Origin: Marsupella aquatica
Taxonomy: Eukaryota; Plantae; Marchantiophyta
Length of the DNA stretch: 64,000 bases
Assembly (NCBI GenBank): GCA_973895155.1
Contig: OZ316894.1
Coordinates: 7,340,234-7,404,233, forward strand
Direction of reading: 5' to 3'
In this document: piece after piece, positions 60,120-64,000 of the stretch
Position numbering within the stretch: the first letter of the stretch is position 1
Layout: the number at the start of each line of letters is the position of its first letter
Made by a program: the position numbers and the translations under genes
Notes under the pieces: model-generated
Told to the model about the DNA's origin: nothing
Database searches by the model: none
Seen by the model: only the letters and a program-made list of their open reading frames with translations

Positions 60120-61001
60120 ATGGTGGGAGGAGGATCAGGTGGTGGGGACGGGGCTGGACCCTCTCGGCCCTATGATGAGATTATGAGGGAGATTTTTATG
60201 AGTAGGGCAAGGCTAAGTGCTGAGGATGCAGAGAGAGTTGTGCCACTTCTTCAGACCTTGATTGATGGATCCAGGATTGAGGCAAAGAAAGCTGCGGCTG
60301 CAACCATTGCTGCAGAGAAAGCTGCAAAGAAGAAGCAAAAGGAGGCAAAGAGAGGCAGGGAAGATGGTGAGGAATCCCTCTCTCCCCGAAAAAGAGAGAG
60401 GAAGCTTCGCAAGGCAGCTAAGGAGGCTGAGAAGAAGAGAGTGGAGGAGTTAAAGCGAAAGGAAGCCAAGAGAGCTCTGAGGCCTGAGCTAGCCCTAAAC
60501 TCAGGTGGCTCCCCAATGCCGAGAGGATACAATCTCTTCCGCAGCCAGTTCAAGCAAGTGGTGAAGGCCAATTTGGGGCCATTAGATTACTGGGGAAGGA
60601 AGACTGAGGAGGTGAAAGGTCGAATTCGAGAGCAAGTGAAGGAGCGATTCAGGAATGGGGCCTCCCTTGATGACAGGTTCTTGAATAAGAGGATATCAGC
60701 TTCACTTTCAGACATGTGAAATCATCAGAGAGAGAAGTTCAGGAAGTACCTTGCTGATTTTCCAATTGATTCAGAGGTGGTCAGGGAGCAAGGCTGTCCA
60801 GATGTGCTCTCCCCAGATGAGTGGGCAGCTTGGCTTGAGGAGGAATTAGCAATCCGAGCCTGGCAAAAAAAGAGACAATGGGACCACGAAATCAGCTTGG
60901 CAGAGGAGAAGCGGAAGGCTGGGGAGGAAATTGACATCCTCCCCCTCCAACAGAACCTACGACAGTGGGGAGCTCAAGGGAGGAATCCTCATGTTTTGTG
61001 A
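60120..61001 (+). pseudogene. Probable CACTA second-gene (TnpA/Ptta-like) 5' fragment; in-frame TGA at 60717
   Basis: Basic NLS-like stretch, then W..KTEEVKGRIREQVKERF...EKFRKYL...CPDVLSPDEWAAWL, a pattern like En/Spm ORF2 proteins. Confidence 0.45.
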
Positions 61002-63119
61002 AGGAAGTTGAAACCTATTTTGCTTCTAACTTGGGCAAGTTGACTTGACTTGAGCTAACTTGACCAAGGTGAAGGAGGAAGTAGAGTTATGAGGGTCAAG
61101 GTAGGGATGAGGTCGAGCCTACCCACCCTTGTTACTATTGTGGGGTATGTTTTTCATCTGTGACCAGCGATTAAGTTATCATTTGGCGGATTGGCGGAAT
61201 GGAGGTTGCTTGCTCAACAAGCAAGGTATTTAGGGTTTTGGCAACATGGTGACCAGGTTCATTGAATACATGGAGGAGGTGACCAGGTTCAAGGCATGTA
61301 AGAGGGTTTGGTCCAAGTGCATCAGTTTTGTGAGATTTGGACCAGATTCAGATTTTTGTGTTAAATGGACCAGATTCAATGTATCTACTTCAACGGTGGA
61401 TCTTGGTTTTGGTTAATGGATGGTTTGGATTGAAGGTGGAGATGTGAGTTAGGGCTTGGTGGAGGTCGTGGCTTTTTCAAAAAGGTCGAAGCTCATTTGG
61501 TTTACAAGTTACTAAGGAGGGGTTTTTTTGGCTCATTTTTGGCCGTTTGATCTAATTGGTGTGAGATTGAGGGCTGTGATTCAACGAGGATTAAAACCAT
61601 AAGTGGAGGGGCTTGTGGGTGCCCTGGGCCTTCCCACGTGGGCACTAAAGGAGGAAGTTCGAGTGGCCAAGGGTTCGGAGGTTAGATGCTGCTGAAGTGC
61701 TGCCGTTTTTCCCATTTTGGAGTGTTAAGTCCCATTTTTAGTTGTAGGAGCGAACCTCTTGAGGGGAGCTCGAGCATGAGGCATGAGTGAAGGGGGAGCC
61801 CTCCTCCTTGGCCATGGCCTTAGGATTTTGAGGGTAGGAGATGTAGAGGCAATTTTGTGAAGAGATAGATGGAGTAGAAGCTTTGAATGTGAAGAGATTG
61901 AGTTTTGTGACGGTTTTTCTAGGGATTTGGAGAGAGGTTTCGAATGTAGGAGAGGCTGACTCGAAGCCTTAGGAAGGAGGTAGGATGTGAGTAGGAAGTA
62001 TAAGGGGCTTGCATGAGAGATTGCCCACAAGAAGGCATACTCGAATGTAGGTTTGTTGCTTCAAGTTTTGAGGAGAATGGACTTGTAGGAGATTTTCGAA
62101 AGCTTAGAGGAGATGAGACCTAATCTTGTTGAAGTTTGGGAGTCTTGCATTAGAGATGGCTCACTAAGAAGGCCTACTCTCTTGTAAACTCCTTGACTTG
62201 AAGCTTCGAAAGTAGATTTGGTTGATAGAAGGAAGTATGAGAGAAGGAGACTAGGGTTTTGAAGCTTGGATAGGCTATGGAGGGATTTTGAATGCTTGGT
62301 TGATGATTAGACTTGGTGATGATTCATTTTTGCTAGGAGGGTCTTGCTTGTGACCCATGTTTTTACTTGGAGGCCATGATGCTACATGTGCCTTCTTGCT
62401 ATGCATTTAGAGGAGAGGTATCCTCGTTTTTGAGATGTGTGTTGATGCCTTGCTTTGGCTATGAGTGATGGAATGGTTAGAATGAATGTCTTCATGCCAT
62501 TTTCGAATGTTGTTGTGAGCTTGAAGGTGTTTTTGAAAGTAGATGGGTTGGATGAAGGTACTTTTGAAAGTAGTTATTATGCATGAGGGAAGTTGCAAGA
62601 GTAAAGAGTGAAGACATTTTCGATTGATGGAATGGGTTGTTTGTGGATTGTACTTGGTGGTTCTACTAGAGGAAGGGACTAAGGTCAATTCCATGTTTGT
62701 TAAGGAGTTTGTTGACCAACCCTAGGTCACTTTTCGAAAGTAGTTTTCCATGTTTCAACAGTTGGATGTTTGAATGGTGCATACAGATGCCTTGCATACC
62801 TTTGGATGTCCCACTTGTCTTAGCCACAACCAAGAGTGACCCTTAACTTGACCACATTGATGTAAGCTTGAACTTGTGTACCTTAGAGGGTTGCAAGGGA
62901 TTGTGTGCAATCAAGTGTTGGAAAAGGAATGGTGACCAATTAAATGTTGGGCTTAGACTTGTGAGGATTACATTGGGAAGCTTGAACTAGTTATTTTGAT
63001 TGTGATTGGATATGAGTATGTAAATGGCTTGAGTTTCGAAAGCATGCTTGCTTGCTTGTGATGATGTAGATGAAAGGTTAGGGTAAATACTTTGTCTTGT
63101 TTGCAACCGTTTCCTATCT

Positions 63120-64000
63120 CAAGCAGCCATACACCCTGCGTGTCCCTTGAGGACCTTTCCCACCTCTTTGCTTATCCTCAGGACAGCGTTGGGGGCGTCC
63201 ATTGAGGATCCACCACCGGTGTCGTGACGGTGCAAGGGCGCCGTTCCTTTTAGGAAGGGCGGACGTGGAGGTAGGAGGTGTGAGTGGGCAGGGCGGGCGC
63301 TGATCTCCAAGTTTAGGATTAGGATCAGGACCAGGAGCGACCCTGACACTTAGCTTAGTGGGATTGCGGTTCCACTGGTAGGAGCAACACTTGTGCTCCT
63401 GCCTTGCTGTACATAGGTAGATCCGGCAGGTAGATTACTGTTAGGTAGATTAGGCTTACGCTGCAAAGAATTAGGCGGATCCACTACCAGGATAAGTACC
63501 TGGGCAGCGGGGAGCTCAAGGCCTCTTCTTTAGCAAGTTTTTAGTTTGCACCAGCCGGGCTGGGATCGAGTAGTAAGAGAAGCTCTCGGTTAGTCATACC
63601 GTGACCTTGTGTATATTCATGTTTCCTCATGCCTAAGAGCTGAATAGAGTTGGCCTCACGGATTAGTTCGCAGAGCTTGTGTATGAGATGTACTGTTTGT
63701 ATGGCAAGTGCATGGTATGACTCAGTCAGAAGGAGTCATTTTGCTATTTGTGTGTCGCATTAACTTGTGTGAAGAGTGCCCACATCAACCAACAAAGGAA
63801 GGAAAGTAAGCAGGGGAGTGAGAGTTGGATGTGTCGAGCTAAGAGAGGTCTTAGCGGCTTAACCAAGCCTATTGGGGATCATTCCGGCGGCGGAATCCAA
63901 ACATACCTAACCAGAAGGAGAGGAAGACAAGGGAAGGCCTAGATTAGGCCGACTACGTATCTCATGACCCGATGAAGGATCTATCCAGTATATGTGTGTA
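63120..64000 (+). mobile_element. 3' portion of an A/B/C-type LTR-like element running off the right edge
   Basis: Contains TTCCGGCGGCGGAA..ACATACC (63882-63907), found ~170-320 bp before the 3' CA in elements A and B. Confidence 0.6.

Overview
Eukaryotic DNA, most likely a non-seed land plant such as a bryophyte. The evidence is GT-AG introns, a DUF3455-type host gene, and CG- plus CHG-type C-to-T decay. The window is almost entirely nested transposable elements around one clear host gene (two-exon secreted DUF3455-like protein, 31799-32669 -). Removing insertions at their target-site duplications (TSDs) rebuilds a large cargo-carrying DNA-transposon unit (~3.0-27.9 kb). It holds a CACTA transposase, a second Sola1/DUF7869-like DDD transposase, a Ulp1/C48 protease, an F-box-like ORF, and a spliced ParB/Srx-like + prokaryote-type beta-class N4C/N6A DNA methyltransferase fusion gene, with arrays of spaced GAT..ATC palindromes. 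A second theme is three families of TG...CA elements that look like solo LTRs yet carry a related ~800-1000 aa ORF; the two complete copies are 4.0 and 4.8 kb with 5-bp TSDs. Most TE genes carry a few stops or frameshifts. All family calls come from motif recognition by eye, not database searches.
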